Below are positions 23,856-36,427 of a stretch of 64,000 bases of DNA, one piece after another; within the stretch, counting starts at the first letter, position 1, and each line of letters starts with the position of its first letter. Source of the DNA: Amoebophrya sp. A120 (Eukaryota; Protista; Dinoflagellata). The stretch spans positions 2,741,456 to 2,805,455 of the forward strand of contig CAJINV010000004.1 of NCBI GenBank assembly GCA_905178155.1. The letters are read 5' to 3'. The position numbers were made by a program, and so were the translations under genes. The notes below the pieces were generated by a model. The model saw only the letters and a list, made by a program, of their open reading frames with translations, ran no database searches and was not told the DNA's origin.

Positions 23856-26800
23856 TTACATACCGTGATTCGCGACGACACGGACCACGTGGAACCGGGA
23901 CAGGAGATCCATATCCGGCGTATCGCAGCTCGAGAGCAGGATGAATTTAAAGTTCTTCGTCTCCAGCGCGAACTCGTATTTCTGAAACTCGGTGCCATCC
24001 AGCTGGGGGTCGACCAGTAAATCGTACAGCAGGTCCTCCTGCGTGAACAGTCGTTTGCTCAGCACCAGTATCCACTGCAAAGGTATCGTACTACTCGTAG
24101 TAATTGCAGTGACGGCGCATGACACATCTCCGATCTTAGGCAAATCAGCATTACAAATTCTACTTTTCTTCTTGCTCTTGGCATGTATTTGTCTTGCTAT
24201 TTCTACTAGTACGATACTTTTGCAATGCATAACCAGATTCAAAATGCCCTCCTGTCGCAAGATCCGGGCCGCTTCGAGTTTCCCGCTGTTCGCTTCGTCG
24301 CCCGCGGCTATGCATTACAAAAATGTCTGGGCCTGGAAGATTGCTGAGGTTTGTGATGCTGCGTCTGCTTGACACGGAAGGTGTGCCATGCAAGGCCTAG
24401 CATCACACCAGGTTTAGAGACGGTTTCCCAATGCTCAATCCGCATGACAAATGCCTTCTTTCGGCGACGGGAAAAGGAGCTCCCTTTGCTGTCTAAGCAT
24501 GACAGATTTTTGTGTGATCCAAGTATGCATCACAAGTTCGCGCATCCTTCCAGACCCAGACATTTTTGCATTTCATAGCGGCCGCGCCGAGGCCAAACGT
24601 GGCACCGCTCTTGGAGATGTCGTTCATCGATTTGTCGATCACGCTGGACAGCGCATGCAGGGTCCCGTCCGGGTTTTTGTCCAGAAGTGAGGACGTGGAA
24701 GTTGTACTAGCCTCTCCTCCCGTTGTAGTTCCTGTACTGGTAGAAGTTGCGCTCATCAAACTGCTCCCCCCGACGCCGAGGGCGGATCCCCCGGTCGACC
24801 GGGCTCGGGGGGGCAACAAGGACTCCAGGCAGATGGCCAAGTGGTCCGCACCGATGGGGGCGCCCATGCAATCGAGGACAAACGGGACGTCGTGGCGGAC
24901 GCAGTTGAGGAGGGCGCGACGCATGTTTTTCGTATCCGACACGTTCCACATCTTCAGCAGTGTGGCGCCACTGTATGAGAGTGCACAACTTCCCTCTCAT
25001 TTGTCCTGCAAAATCGCAAATCCAGTCGCTTCCTTGTGCCTGTGGCACTGCTTGCATGACAAATTTCGAAAGCCAAAACAGTACTACAGTAGGTACATAA
25101 ATTTGTAATGCACAAGCCCCAGGGTCGCTGGCGTTTGTATTGCTGTTCGTGCAAAAATACAAATGAGGGGGAGGGGGAGTTGGGCACTGTCATACGCTGT
25201 ACTCGAAAAACACACTCGCACGGCCCGAACTGTCCCAGACGAGGGGGAATTTCTGGTCTTTTGTGATGGCGTGGGGGCCGGACGAGCGCAGGACCGCGTC
25301 GGAGAGAAGTTTGAAGGGAAGGATGTATCAACTGCAAATATGTCTGAGTCTGGACACTTGTGATGCTAGTTTGTGAATGGTGGGCGCATGTCAATATGCA
25401 GCCACGCATAACAAGTTTTTGAGCTCCTGTCTGTTTCGCACTGCATATTTGCCTGACAGGGAAGAGCCTTTTTTCCTGCTCAGGCATTACAGATTTAAGA
25501 GTCATCGGAGACAAGCATGACAAACTTGCTTTGTTCCAGACCCAGACATATTTGCAATGCATAGGATGGTCAAGTTTGCGATTTTTGAGTTTTTTCGCTC
25601 GCTGCTATTTGGGTCCAGCTCGGCTTCGGCTTCTTCGTACCTGTGAGGAGAGATGACAAGCAGCTGTAGGTGGGATAGTATTCTTTTTGGAAGTGATCGT
25701 GATGTCATTCTCACTTCTATGTATGTATTGATGACCGCACCCCTGTCAAAATGCCCAAGCTTATTGCTTTTCTGCATCGAGCTTGAGCTTGGCACGTTTT
25801 GGTCCAATTAATCCAATGAATTTGCTACAATCGTGGACCCAGAAGGAGAAGCTGCAACATGCGAGAATTCGGGGAAACTTGTCTTGTGTCTGTTGTGATG
25901 CACTTTGTATATCACGTACGTTTTTGTTTCCTGACTGCACGACCTGCAGAACTAGTGTACATTTATAGCAGTTGTAGCAAATGAAAATCATACTTGAGCT
26001 TCAGCTCTTCCACCCGGTGCACGGCGTCTTCGAGTTTTCGTTTCAAGAGCGAAAGTTGTGACGCCATTTCCCTTATGTATGTCTCTTCCTCTTGCGCGGA
26101 GATAGCACTACCCGCTTGATTACTATTGCCGCCCGACTCAGGATTTGAAGACGCGTTTTGAAAATTTGCCTGCGCCATGCGTTTGACGATCTTGTCGGAC
26201 CAGGAGCGGTACGCGTCTGCGGCGTCGCGTTTGGCGTTCTCCAGTTCTATTTCCTCTTGTTCTATCTGTTGCTTCAATTTGTCCAGTTGCGCATCCGCGT
26301 GCTTCTTGGACAGTTGGCCCAGCTTTTTTCTCCCCTGCTCCAGCTTCGCCTGGAGCTGCTCTTTCAGTTGCTGTGTCTTTTCCGGCGTTTTGGCCCACTC
26401 CTGCAGCAGGTTCTCGCACTTGCTGTCGTTCGGTGCGACGGTGAGCGGGGTTTGAAACGAAGTGTCGTAGATGGCCGGATCCGCGCCTGATTCCAGCAAC
26501 ATTTCCACCACCACCGCGTTCCCGGCGAACGCGGCCCGCCACAGCGCCGTCCGCTGGAACTCGCCCTTCGCGTTGGGGTTCGCGCCGAAATCCAGCAGCA
26601 TCTGCACGATGTCCGGGTTGCCCCCGTTGGCCGCGGCGGAAAGCGGCGCATACCCGTCGCTGTCTTTCGCCTCGAGCAGCAGCACCGGGTCCTGCTCCAG
26701 CATCTTTTTCGCACTCTCAAACTCCCCGTCGTAGCAGGCGTCAAAGAAGTCGGTCTTCTTCTTCGCCACCTCCTTTTTCTTCCGCATTTCCTCCACCTTT

Positions 26801-27231
26801 TTCAACGCCTGCCGCTCGAACCGCCGCGCCTCCAGCCGGGCCGCCGCCTCGATGGCTTCGCGCTCGATTTGCTCGTCCATCAGCTCCTTTTTTCGCTTCG
26901 CGAACTCGTACTGTGCCTTAAACCGCAGAACCACCGTCAAAATGATCCGCGCCGCCGCCTTCTGCTCCTTTGCGTTCTCGGGCAGCAGGTCCGCCACCAC
27001 TTTGCGCGCGGCGACGTTCGCGGCAGCCTTCGCGTTAGCCTTGGCATTGATCCCGGCCTTCGCAGCATTCGCCTTGCTGGTCGCTTTTCCTACCCCAGGA
27101 CCCCCGGATGAGGCGTTTCCCGTTGTTCCCGGTGGCGGTGCGCGTAGTGCGCTGGAGCCCAGGGCGCCGGCCTGCTCCCGCCGGAAATTCGCCTTGAAGG
27201 ACGCGGCTTTGTTCTTCGGGGCTGAAGACAT
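23856..27231 (-). CDS. IQ-motif/ankyrin-repeat protein, IQANK1-like, 6 exons
   Basis: Ankyrin repeats DSDGYAPLSAAANGG and GANPNAKGEFQRTALWRAAFAG, coiled coil, C-terminal FPLVWDSSGRASVFFEY and RRALLNCVRHDVPFVLD. One GT-AG intron (25641-25993) plus four introners. Confidence 0.8.
24069..24231. mobile_element. Introner, family A-like (163 bp)
   Basis: Perfect direct repeat accag; TGCAAAGGTATCGTA / TACGATACTTTTGCA TIR. Confidence 0.9.
24309..24577. mobile_element. Introner, family E (269 bp)
   Basis: TIR with ATGTCTGGG.CTGGAAG; perfect direct repeat gcggc. Confidence 0.92.
24974..25194. mobile_element. Introner, family F (221 bp)
   Basis: TIR TATGAGAGTGCACAACT..CTCATTTGT; direct repeat cactg/cgctg. 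Confidence 0.85.
25326..25563. mobile_element. Introner, family E (238 bp)
   Basis: TIR TGCAAATATGTCTG.GTCTGGA; perfect direct repeat ggatg. Confidence 0.92.
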
Positions 27232-30200
27232 GGTGTTCCGGTAGGCCGTCGAGGCGGGTAGAAGAGAAAAACTTTATCCCCTTACTGACCGACGACAAGC
27301 CGTCCCATCTCGATCACCATCATCGAAGCCGGATCAGGCTTTGTCAGAACTACAGGTCATGGGTGCGAAAGGAGGAACATGCCACAAAATAAAACTGACG
27401 CAATCTGTAGTCGTGTGATCGGAATCCAAAAAATCAATCGTGGTCGTCAAAATGAAGGAACAATTTACTTACAACACAGATCACAGTGACTGATCGGGGG
27501 GATCACTCTAGTAAATATGGCGGGAGTAGCGTAGACAGGCGCATCTTCAGGAGAATTAATTCATAACTCACCGCAGCCTTGGCCTTTCCTCAGGTACTGA
27601 GTCGACGTGGTATAATGATTCACACGTCAAACGACAAGAACTTATGGAAATTCCTATACTATACGAAAAGAGCAGCGTGAATTATCAGGGGAGGGGGAGG
27701 GGGGGGGGACCCCNNNNNNNNNNNNNNNNNNNNNNNNNNNNNNNNNNNNNNNNNNNNNNNNNNNNNNNNNNNNNNNNNNNNNNNNNNNNNNNNNNNNNNN
27801 NNNNNNNNNNNNNNNNNNNNNNNNNNNNNNNNNNNNNNNNNNNNNNNNNNNNNNNNNNNNNNNNNNNNNNNNNNNNNNNNNNNNNNNNNNNNNNNNNNNN
27901 NNNNNNNNNNNNNNNNNNNNNNNNNNNNNNNNNNNNNNNNNNNNNNNNNNNNNNNNNNNNNNNNNNNNNNNNNNNNNNNNNNNNNNNNNNNNNNNNNNNN
28001 NNNNNNNNNNNNNNNNNNNNNNNNNNNNNNNNNNNNNNNNNNNNNNNNNNNNNNNNNNNNNNNNNNNNNNNNNNNNNNNNNNNNNNNNNNNNNNNNNNNN
28101 NNNNNNNNNNNNNNNNNNNNNNNNNNNNNNNNNNNNNNNNNNNNNNNNNNNNNNNNNNNNNNNNNNNNNNNNNNNNNNNNNNNNNNNNNNNNNNNNNNNN
28201 NNNNNNNNNNNNNNNNNNNNNNNNNNNNNNNNNNNNNNNNNNNNNNNNNNNNNNNNNNNNNNNNNNNNNNNNNNNNNNNNNNNNNNNNNNNNNNNNNNNN
28301 NNNNNNNNTACCGGGACTCTCCCGTGCCCTTTAGGCACAAACCCCACGGAATCCCAGCAATGCCGCCTGATTCCTGCTTCCGCACCGGTGGGACCGCCTT
28401 TTATCGCATTTCCCCCCGTTTTCGCCTGCTTTTATAGCGTTTTTCCCTGTTTCCATCTCCTTGCCCCTCTGCGCCCTTTCCTTTTCGCCCGTTCTTGCTG
28501 CTTTCTCTCCTTCTATTTGGCACCTCCACCCCGGCTGCCTCCCCCCCTTCGGGCTTCCACCCTCCCCTCCCTGTTCCCCTTCCCCGCTCCCTCCCTTCCC
28601 CTTTCCCTCCTTTCCCCCTCCCCCCCTTCCCCTGCTCTAGAGTCTGTGGCCCTTGCTACAGCAAGCGGCACGGCTGCGCTCAAGTACAAATACTGCGGTC
28701 ACACGGATAACAGCTAGTAACGTATATACAACATTGAAATTGATAGCTCCTTCATACAAAGTTGGTCCGACGATCACTCGTAACTTCGAACAAATTGGAC
28801 CGAATCATGCCTGGATACATCGAGAAAAAACCGATCCCAAATACCTCAAGAGAAGACATTGTAGCCACTACCGTCGCCGAGTCTTTATTCTTCATGCTTT
28901 TTCTTGTTTCACCTGGTTGCGCTAGCCAAAATTCGGATCCAGACCTTTCTTCTGCAAGCCTCCCTGTCAGTCTCAATCTCATCGGGCGCCACGCATGATT
29001 GCTAACTAAGCAGCAGCCGACACACCAGGCAATATTAACATGTTTCTCACACACTAACTAACAGGCGATTTTTCTTCTGTGGGAGAAGGGCTTGTGAAGA
29101 TAATTACCGCCTATCACAGATAAGGACCGACGAAACTTCATCGATTTGTGACCAAACAGAAGAGCAGCGATGAGCTAGGACTAGCCTTTCATAGGCAGAA
29201 GCATTTAATGCTTCTGCCTATGATATATATACAACAACGCAAACCGTTGAAGTGGCTACTTCAACAATTTATTGCGTCGCTGTTCAATTTCGTCACGCAG
29301 TTGTTATTGGTATGGTTATCAGAAAGTTGAGGGGGCCTTGGCCCGAAAGTTCGCGTTCGCCATGCCATCGGTGAACACATTTTGAAAAAATGTCCGATGC
29401 TTTTTCTATATAGACGCGAATGCTCCTCCCTGGTTCTCCCTGGTCCTCCAGGGTCCTCCCTACTCCCTGTCTATAAATTTCTCTGCCATTATAATATCAC
29501 GATCCCGATCGGATCACAAAACAGCTAGGGCCAGAGCCACATCCGATACGTATTAACTGTCGACGAAACGATGAGGCCCTGCATCTTCTGCTAAAAAAAT
29601 CAGAGCAATGTACAGTCAGGACCGCTCCGTTGGGGTATGTGTCGATACAGTATAATTGCGCCGCGGCGCTCCTACGCCGCCGGAGCATCAAGAGCTTTAT
29701 TGTACAAGGAATACTCTACGACGAGATAGTGCTAGTGGTAACGTAACTAGACTGAAAGTGAAACAAGTTTTCAGATATTCGCATTGATCGAGTTGAGCTA
29801 TCAATCATCAACGAGGTGAAGGTGGATGCGGAAACGTAGAATTTACTCATCGTCATCATCTGACCGTACATTTTTTTTCTGTACAAAACATTGAAACCGA
29901 AAGCGACACGTCCTCCGCTGCAAATTCTCTTGTCAGTTGTAGTTCTAGTTGTAGTAGGTGTAGGTCATTCGTTTACGTTTCTCTTTTAATATTATATCTG
30001 TATTTCTTTGATGTTTTTAATTTTTTTGACAAGGAAATGCAATGCCTTGAGAACAATGATTTCATTTTTCATACGCTTAATTTAATTTTGAAATAACTCT
30101 TTTCGTTTTTATTTTTCCGGAGTTCGCGTTACTGTTTCGGCAATCCCTGCTTTTACCACCGGAATTGGAACGATCTTTCTGCTCACATCCGGAACCTGGT

Positions 30201-31221
30201 GAAGTTGTCGCCTCTCACGCTCGGAACCTGGGAGATGCGATTTTTCAATGATCATATGACAATGCTGTTCGCATGTTCACCGGTCTTTGCCATTTCACGT
30301 CATGTTCGACTTGTGAGTCGCATAGCATGCAGATGCATTCAACGCTAGAAGAATAATCAAAACCTACCCCCACACTTATTGCAGACAAAATGTTAATGTA
30401 GTAACTCACAAGTACCTCCAAGTCCAATCGCAATCATGTATAATCTGTTCCCGAGCAAGTGCACTTTGCTAGTCCGGCTTGATGTTGTTCTACTACTATA
30501 TACACGATACTCGTAGGCTTTGTTTCCTGTGGACGATCTCGATCATAGATACATAATATCAAAACTTCGATTAATTTGTTAGTGAAGATAGTGTTGCAAA
30601 CGATTTACTTTCAAATACAGTCGCATTTTGTTTAAGAATTGCCTAGTAGTTGCTTTTTTGGTCATTCCTTTTTTGGTCATTCCTCCTCGACCAACGATAT
30701 TTTCGTTTTCCCGGAAGCAAAGATCCAGGCTCACGGATTTGGACTGTGCAACTCCTTACATGCTCCTACCTGAAAATATGCAATTAACATTTTCGTTTAC
30801 ATTTGACATTAACGTAAACGTTGGCTTTGACTTTGTAAAGAAACATAAAGTCGAAGGCGAATATCATCACATGGTGGAGCTCCAGCTCTTGATCACGCGC
30901 AATCAGTTAAAAAAATCATACCGTGCATTCATCACTCCGCCTGCACGTCGGCACTCCTCGTGGGAGATGAGGGGCTCGTGATTGATCGACTTTCCTCGTG
31001 TGTAGTACGCTGCGACACTTCGATCCTGCCGTCGCTTTGTTGCTCGTAAAAATCTTCAGTTCTTTCTTTGCCGGCATTCCTTTTGCAATCAAATCTTCTG
31101 CCCTCGTCTCTTCTCTGCCATTAGTTTGGTTTTGCTTTGTGAAGTCACTGCTTAGCCAGTGCGCTTTCTTTTTGCGCGGCCGCGGACAACGGTCTTGGCG
31201 CGCGCATCCTCCGTAGACGAG

Positions 31222-32133
31222 CTACATGGGCTGGATGACTTCGTCGGGGTTCACATGTTGCTGCGCTCCTTGACCCTGGCGCTGCAGTTGCTGGTCCACC
31301 CACTCACCGGCTCGCACCCCCATTCGCATCGATTCTTCTGGACTCGGTAGGCCCGCACCCCCACACGCCGCTACGCAGTATTCGTAGAGGGGACTCATGA
31401 TTCTTTGTCCGAAGATAATTCTCCGCCTCTGCGCCGCGGTGGGTCCTGCCGCACCTTCCCCACTTTGCACGAACGACGACTCCACGGCGAGGACACCGGT
31501 CCTCTCATCCAGACCGCCTTCGCAGAAGGTCTGGCACTCCTCCGCACTGACCTGCCCGTCCCCGTCGGTGTCCGCAGCGTACAGGCACGCCGCCTCCATC
31601 TCTTCGTAGCTGATTGCAGTGCTGTTCCCCATGGTGTTGTTCTTCCCAGCGGTGTCGACCATCTCCGCAGCGGCCTCACCATCCGCGGCAACCGCAACAG
31701 AGGCAGCCATTGCTTTGTCCTCGTTCTTACCGTCGTTCTCGTCTTCCAAACCGCCGGCGGCCACTGCAGTAGACGGAGTAGCCGCACCACCAGCGGGCGC
31801 AGCCGTGTCGCCACCACAGCACGCCGAGGTTGTAGCTGGGGTCGTTGCAGCGGTGGTCGACGACTCATCTTCGGGCTTCTTCGGCAGCTCGGCCGGATCC
31901 ATGTCGCCAGCGGGAGCGGCAGCGGCAGCTTCATCATGATTGGTGGAAGACCCCGCGCCCCGGAGTTGTGTGGTTTTCATCGTCTGCTTCTTCGTGTTCT
32001 GCTGCAGCCCGCTTACAAACATCAACCCGGAGCCGGGTTCTCCGGAAATGAGGCCAACCAACACCAGCAGGCTGCAGGTACCGCGGGGGCCGAAATACGG
32101 CCAAGTACTACGATGGTCGACGGGCGGCGACAT
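31222..32133 (-). CDS. EF-hand-containing protein with N-terminal hydrophobic segment
   Basis: 303-aa ORF; CSLLVLVGLIS hydrophobic stretch; canonical EF loop DTDGDGQVSAEE. Confidence 0.7.
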   Translation of the reverse strand: MSPPVDHRSTWPYFGPRGTCSLLVLVGLISGEPGSGLMFVSGLQQNTKKQTMKTTQLRGAGSSTNHDEAAAAAPAGDMDPAELPKKPEDESSTTAATTPATTSACCGGDTAAPAGGAATPSTAVAAGGLEDENDGKNEDKAMAASVAVAADGEAAAEMVDTAGKNNTMGNSTAISYEEMEAACLYAADTDGDGQVSAEECQTFCEGGLDERTGVLAVESSFVQSGEGAAGPTAAQRRRIIFGQRIMSPLYEYCVAACGGAGLPSPEESMRMGVRAGEWVDQQLQRQGQGAQQHVNPDEVIQPM

Positions 32134-33042
32134 GCTCGCTTATCGCTAGAGCGGGTGTAGTCGCTCTTCTTACAACCTTGCTTCGCCTGCTTCACTCTGG
32201 GCTCTTCACACACTCAATCTGAAGAAGGCAAATGTCTAGTCTGTGAAAGAATCGAAATACTACACAGAAGCAACTATCGAAGATCTTCGCTGCTGTACCT
32301 TCTACACGAATTGCTCGACAAATCGACGAAAAATCGAATAAGCATTTCCACAAGTCTGCAGAAGTGCTCAGCCTCAGTGAAGCATTGGAGATCAAGATGC
32401 CATTGCGTTCGGATAACTGTAGTTCGACTCTGAGTACTAAAGAGCACTTCTACATCGCTCGTTGCACTCCCAGCTATCGCAGACGTAAGAGACGACCAGA
32501 TCTACAACTCCCGATGTTTTTAACCAGCACTGCTACAGACATCTTTACGAGTTTCCCAACGAAATAAACTTCTGTCGATCACGACCCTTCATTCGACGTC
32601 GAATTTACTGCGTTATCGTTTTTTGATATGAGTGCTTACTTCTATCTTACAATCCGGCACGGTTGATACGGCTTATTTCGTGATTTCGGTACTACTATTA
32701 ACGTGAGCGACTTCATTCGATACACGTCAATACGAAGACTGGCGCAGCGAACAGTCTACGGGCTGGTGTTCCACGGGCAGGTGCTTCAATTGATGTAATC
32801 TTTCGCACATCTTCACTGCTTTCGAAACAAGTCAACCTTTCGTGATTTTTGGGCGATGATGAACTTGGTTCGTTACAACAAACGAGAAACTCACGCTCGT
32901 GTTGTTATCGATGCAACACCAACAGTAGTTCATCGACATTGTACAACTTCTGTAAACTCTGAATAAAGTCGTGCCAAGTAGTGAAGTGGCACTGCTAATG
33001 TGGAATCACTTCATCTTGCAGTTGCAACTAAAGCCCCCACAC

Positions 33043-35016
33043 CTACGTCGGCAGATAATGCTCGCCCGTGACCGGATCGACCATGCTATTTTTGTTCTTC
33101 AAATCCGCGTCGTTTTTCACGAGCCCGTAGCATCGGGGACACCGTGCTCTCGTGGTCCCGGAGCATGTAGGACACCGAATTTTTCCCAGTCCGATATCAC
33201 ACAGAAAAAAGCTGGCAGGGCATATCTGTAATGCAAAAATAAATACGCAAAAAAATCTGTATTGCATATCCGAAGCAGCATGCTATGGGGCCACCCATGG
33301 CAAATTTTTGTGTGTATTTATTTTATTTGCACTACAGATATGCCCTGCCAGCTTTTTTCCCTGGGATATCCGACGCAGTTTGCGCACGCCTTCGCCTCCC
33401 CCCAACAGTCCTCGCACCACCGCCGCCCCAGCCGCGCCACCACGCAGACCGCACACACGCTACTATCGGAAGCTGCCTGGGCCCCCCCCGCCCCCGCACC
33501 GGAAGAACCGCCGCCCGCTTGCACGGCGTGGTAGTTGGGGGCAATCGCCGCGGCGTCCTCCTGGAGGTATCCCCGGTTGTCGCAGTTTTCGCAGGCAAAC
33601 ACGTATCCTGTGCAAAAGTATCGCACAACTAGTATAAATTGCATTACAAATTTCCTCAGCATTAAATTTGTAATGCTGATTTACCTTGAGAAAAAGATTT
33701 GTAATGCATAAATGCAATTAGTACGAGTACGATACTTTTGCAGTTGATAACACACCCCGGCCGTCGCAGACCGTGCACACCAGGTAGCCGCAGGCCTGGC
33801 ACTTCGTGCAGGGTACGAAACCGGTGGAGAAGCACAGCTGACAATCGTGTTCGTCACCCGACGGTGGTTCGAGGTCAAACTGGAGCAGCTTTGACGGCAG
33901 GGAGGGATATTGTTGTTCTCGCGCGGATAAGGTGGATTTTTGCGAATTTTGCCGAAAGAATGCGTCTTGTTCGTCTTGTTCCACCGCGTCGTGGTCGTCA
34001 TAGTCATCGTCGTTATAGTTGACCGGATAAGAACCTCCGCCGGCGTACTGCTCTCCGTCAGGGCTGTAGTTGTTCCCACCTTGTTGTCCTCGACGTGCGC
34101 CTCGAACCGCTGGCTTTGGTACCCCGCTGGTACCTTGCAGGATTTCCAGTTCGAGCTGCTGCTCCTCCGCGAACGAAAGTGGCGGAAGACAGGAGAGAGG
34201 CGGCAACAATGTGACGGCGCACTCGATACTGCCGGCGGCTGTGCCGTTTTGCAGGAACAACGGGCGGGGACTCGTGATGAAGCGCAGCGTTGCGTCGTGG
34301 AGAAACAGCAACTGCGTGGAAGCGAGCAAGGTTCCCGCAGAGCCCATCACGCCAATCACGGCGGTGCGGGACATCTTGCTTGCACTCGAAGAAGATGAAG
34401 TAGACGCGGAGAAGTAGGTCGAGGATGCGCTGCCAGTTTTCTGCCCTCTGATCGGAATCACGCGGGCGCCGCCACTGCTGCTCTCGTCTATCCTGTGCAA
34501 AAGTATCGCACTCGTATAAATGCAGGTCTTGCATTTCTTTGTCAAGGCAAATCAGCATTACAAATTTTATTTCTCATGCTGAGAAAATTTGTAATGCATT
34601 TATACGAGTACGATACTTTTGCAAAGGATATCGTCCCACTCCGCACAAAAACAGGCCTCGCCGTGGTTGGTGCCGTCTTGATGTTGTTCGCCATGATGGC
34701 CGGTAGTTGATGTGTGGGCCACACCTGTTTTGTGGTTGTTCCCCCTGTCGTGAAACAAACCGACGACGCGCTCCAGTGGGCTGAAATCCGTCGTGTTCTC
34801 CGCCGACGCGGGGTGTTGTGCGGTGTCAAGCCCATCGCGAAACAGGACACAGGCGCAGCTCTCGTTCCTCCCGGGCTCCAGGGCACGGCGCAGAAAGTTG
34901 GTGCTCTGCCGGCCGACTTCGATCGCGTGGGGGGTCAGCGAAACCTTTCGGACGCGGAGCTCGATGTGCGTAGGGAATGGAAACATGCTGGGAAATTGGA
35001 ATTGGTAGAGAAACAA
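33043..35016 (-). CDS. Cys-rich protein with DnaJ-type CxxCxGxG zinc-finger repeats (5' exons probably extend to ~36000)
   Basis: CQLCFSTG, CTVCDGRG, CENCDNRG, CANCVGLG, CPTCSGT, CPRCYG; frames join after removing three introners. Confidence 0.75.
33195..33368. mobile_element. Introner, family B (174 bp), almost entirely a hairpin
   Basis: ~65-bp TIR gaaaaaagctggcagggcatatctgta...; perfect direct repeat tccga. Confidence 0.93.
33604..33749 (+). mobile_element. Introner, family A (146 bp)
   Basis: TATCCTGTGCAAAAGTATCG on +; direct repeat acacg/acaca. Confidence 0.92.
34489..34630 (+). mobile_element. Introner, family A (142 bp)
   Basis: Perfect direct repeat tcgtc; TAT..ATA ends. Confidence 0.92.
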
Positions 35017-36427
35017 CTGGGCAACTAATTGTATACGACGCCGACGTAGTGGCTACTCTATCTTCTATCAAGCCGCGACTGCGATTCTTCGTGCCTGGAT
35101 CTCGAGCAGAAGCGAAGACCACCAATCGAGACGACAGAGTTTTTTCCACAAGCCTCCTGCCCCTCAGAAGTAAGTGCTTGATGAACGCTCACTGTCATAT
35201 GCAGGAGCATTCGACGACGGGATGGTGACGATCATCAACGACTTACACTCACTCGGCCATAAGTTCTCCTTCTTCGGAAAGAACGACGATTGAATGTTAT
35301 TCATTCATTTTGGCGCGCGAGAATCATTTTCCATTATTTTGTTCATGGTTTATTTAATGCTTCTTGTTCGAACACGACAATTACTTCGCGCCTTCACCCT
35401 CGTTCAAAATCGAAAAGCACTTTCGCTGCACAATAAGAAGAAAGCAGTTCATCTTCATCTTCAAGTCGTGTCGCTAGTGACTGCAGCTGGAAGTCGAGTC
35501 CTCTCCTCGTGCTGGGAAATGTTCCCTCGTCTGTCATCGGTGTTTTCCACGGTGTTCTTGAAGCTACACCTTCAGAAGTCACGACGGAGTTGTCTGAGGC
35601 CTCGCGCTCCGCTGGTCAGAAGTGTGAAGAACTACTGAATCGCCTCGCGTTCAAATCGCGGAAAGTATCGTGAGGCGGAGGCATACACTGTGCTTGTTTC
35701 GATTTGCCCTTCACGATCCGCCGGCGCCGGTGTTGCAGCAAATTTTTCGTTGTGTGAGCTGGCTGTGGCCGCCGCGTTGGTGCTTCATGCGCAAGGACCG
35801 AGTGGCATCCCTTGTCGTCGTGGTTGAAGACGCTACTCGACGATTCCGATGAGATACCGGCGTTGGTGAAAGAAAAACTCGGTGTTGCGATCGGCCAGCA
35901 GGAGTTCCGCCCGCTTGTCGACCTCGAGGCCGCCGAGTGTAGGTAGGTCCCAGTTCTTTTCGCGAATTTGCCGGTATTTGCCAGATAGGTTGCTCTTGAT
36001 CCGCGTCGCGAGGTCTGGGAGTTACGATTATTTAGGTGATATAAGTCTGCGAGTTACGAAGATTTTTTCGCGAGCAGGTCTGCGAGGTTGTGCGAGTTTC
36101 GAAACCAATAAAAAAATAGTTTCAACAGCTTCGGGCCCAGACCCTGCACGCTTCAATAACATGCGACAACTATCACCAATTAGCTATGCGCCTAAAATGA
36201 GCATCGGAACGAGCGAAAAAAGGAAAACGACACTCATCAGCAGAAGCAACAACAAACTTCATCGTTTATACTTGCGTCTGTCTCTCCTTTCCGACTTCTT
36301 GCTTTTTTCGAGGGTATGAAATGACCAAATACGGATGTAGTGCTCTTTCCTGATGATGTTCAATGAGTATTATGATATCTTGAATCACCTACGTCTTCTT
36401 GAGAACTTTTCGGACCTGTCTGCGCAG

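Noticed and set aside
27644-28717. Long ORFs across the second N run, and a possible hAT-like element (cagggg...cccctg ends)
   Set aside because: The ORFs are gap artefacts; there is no matching TSD and the gap hides the interior.
28752-29054. Possible transposase remnant
   Set aside because: No recognisable catalytic motif.
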